DNA from: an uncultured Spirochaetota bacterium
Lineage (GTDB): Bacteria > Spirochaetota > Brevinematia > Brevinematales > JAOACQ01
Direction of reading: 5' to 3'
Assembly (NCBI GenBank): GCA_963783575.1
Contig: CAWAOD010000005.1
Coordinates: forward strand, 224,001-288,000
DNA length: 64,000 nt
Shown: piece by piece, positions 62,334 to 64,000 of the stretch
Layout: each line of letters begins with the position of its first letter
Position numbering within the stretch: the first letter of the stretch is position 1
The notes under the pieces: generated by a model
Seen by the model: the letters and a program-made list of their open reading frames with translations, nothing else
Told to the model about the DNA's origin: nothing
Databases searched by the model: none
Program-made: the position numbers and the translations under genes

Positions 62334-62407
62334 CTGGGGCGGAAGGACTCGAACCCTCGAAATGGCGGGACCAAAACCCGCTGCCTTACCAACTTGGCTA
62401 CGCCCCA
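62334..62407 (-). tRNA. tRNA-Gln(UUG); CCA not encoded
   Basis: TGGGGCG..CGCCCCA acceptor stem; anticodon arm GCGGG-TTTTGGT-CCCGC; T-loop GTTCGAGTC. Confidence 0.95.
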
Positions 62408-62414
62408 ATAATTA

Positions 62415-62666
62415 TTATTCGGCTTGATAAGCTTCTAAGATTGCATTCTGGACCTTTTCCCTGAATTGAGAATTAATTGGATGAGCGACATCCTTCATTT
62501 CACCGCTTCTTGTCCTTCTGGACGGCATAGCAATAAAAAGACCATTATTACCCTGAATAACTTTAATGTTGTGAATAACGAAGCTGTCATCGAAAGTTAT
62601 TGAGGCATAAGCTTTGAGTTTGTTTTCACCCTCGACTTTCTTAATTCTGATGTCAGTAATTTCCAT
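62415..62666 (-). CDS. spoVG: SpoVG family nucleic-acid-binding protein
   Basis: [35 protein letters not shown]. Confidence 0.97.
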   Translation of the reverse strand: MEITDIRIKKVEGENKLKAYASITFDDSFVIHNIKVIQGNNGLFIAMPSRRTRSGEMKDVAHPINSQFREKVQNAILEAYQAE

Positions 62667-62798
62667 AAAGTTTTATCCTCCTGATGAAATTTGAAACACT
62701 CACTTATTACTGACATATTAAACAATATTTAATTTTGCGATAATAAATGCAATATTAAACCTTCAAACTGATGTCAGTAAGCCCACTTTTATCAGGAA

Positions 62799-63645
62799 TT
62801 ACCTGTAAAGAGGGTCGCACAAAAATGCCTTATAGCCATTATACTGAATATTCAAAAGCTCTAAATCCTTTTCAGCTTTATACCTGTCATCATAGACAAA
62901 AACAAACGATGAGCCGCTTCCGCTCATAAAATAAAACCGGGAATCAAGATTCTTTTCCAGATACAGTTATAAATCTCGAAAGATCACTATTATATTTTAA
63001 AACAAAATAATAGAATTTATTATAAACTATTTTCTCAAAAAAATCAATATTGATCACTGAAAACTTTGAAAATTCTTCAATGTACTCCCGTTTATTATAA
63101 TTATCAATTAAAGAATAAGCCCATTTTGTCGATACGGAAATACCCGGATAGACAATTATAAAACATATTCCTTCCAGCTTTTGACTTAAAGGAGTGACTA
63201 TTTCACCTTTTCCTTGAACCCTGCATAAACCTCCATAAAAGAAAAATGGCACATCACTACCAACCATTGATCCGATATCTAAAATCTGACTTATTCCGAT
63301 GCCGTATTTTTCCGCAAGAGTCATTAACAGGTAAGCTGCATTTGAACTTCCGCCGCCAAGACCGGACCCGGCCGGTATATCTTTTTTAATATGTACTTTG
63401 AAATTATCATTAATACCGAACTTATTTTTAAAAAGGTTTAATGCCTTATCAACGGTTGAATTCCCGGGAGTTTCCATGTTTTCAAAAATTATCTTATCAA
63501 AGCCTGTTTCATTTTTTTCAATCTCAATATTATCATAAAGAGTTATTTCCTGGAAAAGGCTGTCAATATAGTGATATCCTGTATCCGGATCAATTCCTGT
63601 TACATCAAGGAATAAGTTAATTTTAGCATACGATTTAATGAACAT
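62799..63645 (-). CDS. ispE: 4-diphosphocytidyl-2-C-methyl-D-erythritol kinase, apparent 1-nt frameshift near 62970 (likely assembly error)
   Basis: AKINLFL, KDIPAGSGLGGGSSNAA, GSDVPFF; the conserved MSGSGS motif lies in a second frame ending at TAA 62799. Confidence 0.9.
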
Positions 63646-63647
63646 GT

Positions 63648-63998
63648 TTATTCTATCGGGGTACCATGAGAATTAACATATTCTTTAAATTTTTTGCTTA
63701 GTTCAATGGTAATTTTCCCGGGTTTACCGTCACCGATTAATCTTCCGTCAATTTTTGTTACAGGTACTATTTCAGCCGCCGTTCCTGTAAGAAAAACCTC
63801 ATCGGCAATATACATCTCTGCTCTTGAAAAGAATTTTTCTATCAGTGGAAAATTAAATTTTTCAGCAATTTCCATGACTGTAAACATCGTAATTCCCGGT
63901 AAAGCGCCGGCTACTATCGGTGGAGTATAAATCTTGTTGTTTTTTATCATGAAAATATTATCGCCCGAACATTCGGCGACATAACCTTCATTATTTAG
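63648..63998 (-). CDS. ilvE: Branched-chain amino acid aminotransferase (class IV), C-terminal part
   Basis: EGYVAECSGDNIF..LPGIT..ADEVFLTGTAAEIVPV..IDGR.IG.GKPG; truncated by the window edge. Confidence 0.9.
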   Translation of the reverse strand, partial: LNNEGYVAECSGDNIFMIKNNKIYTPPIVAGALPGITMFTVMEIAEKFNFPLIEKFFSRAEMYIADEVFLTGTAAEIVPVTKIDGRLIGDGKPGKITIELSKKFKEYVNSHGTPIE

Positions 63999-64000
63999 CA

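Noticed and set aside
9255..63930. Numerous short antisense or overlapping ORFs in the track (e.g. 10105-10593, 28155-28487, 38942-39265, 57007-57312)
   Set aside because: They are shadows of well-supported genes in another frame or strand and show no independent motifs.

Overview
AT-rich bacterial chromosome segment, most likely a free-living spirochaete (inferred from the ispE-spoVG-tRNA-Gln-prs-rplY-pth-tilS-hpt-ftsH order, spirochaetal lipoboxes, BspA LRR and FecR-like proteins). The left part carries GH43 enzymes, a BspA lipoprotein, recO, a GAF/HD-GYP plus MBL-cNMP pair, redox enzymes and pstSCAB-phoU, with adjacent CBS-SpoIIE and EAL-CBS-GGDEF genes. The right part carries phoBR, tpx, dxs, an FlgH-like gene and the housekeeping block. 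The most interesting part is an accessory island at about 30.9-46.3 kb. It holds a lipoprotein ending in a LAS/MepA-type zinc peptidase domain, followed by three tandem exported paralogues with variable cores and a near-identical FIMAH-like tail. These are joined by ~450-bp direct repeats and punctuated and bracketed by one palindromic repeat family. Next come a lipoprotein whose lipobox Cys codon is TGA and a ~2,700-codon surface protein split by a single in-frame TGA. I read the first part as a candidate polymorphic cell-wall-hydrolase/immunity cassette system (inference). Also notable are a possible RNA switch in the spoVG leader, strong Thr-Asn enrichment in exported proteins and a one-Cys Tpx. 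Single-base frameshifts in ispE, hpt and an oxidoreductase suggest residual assembly errors, so the internal stops need read-level checking. No CRISPR array, rRNA, integrase or transposase was seen.
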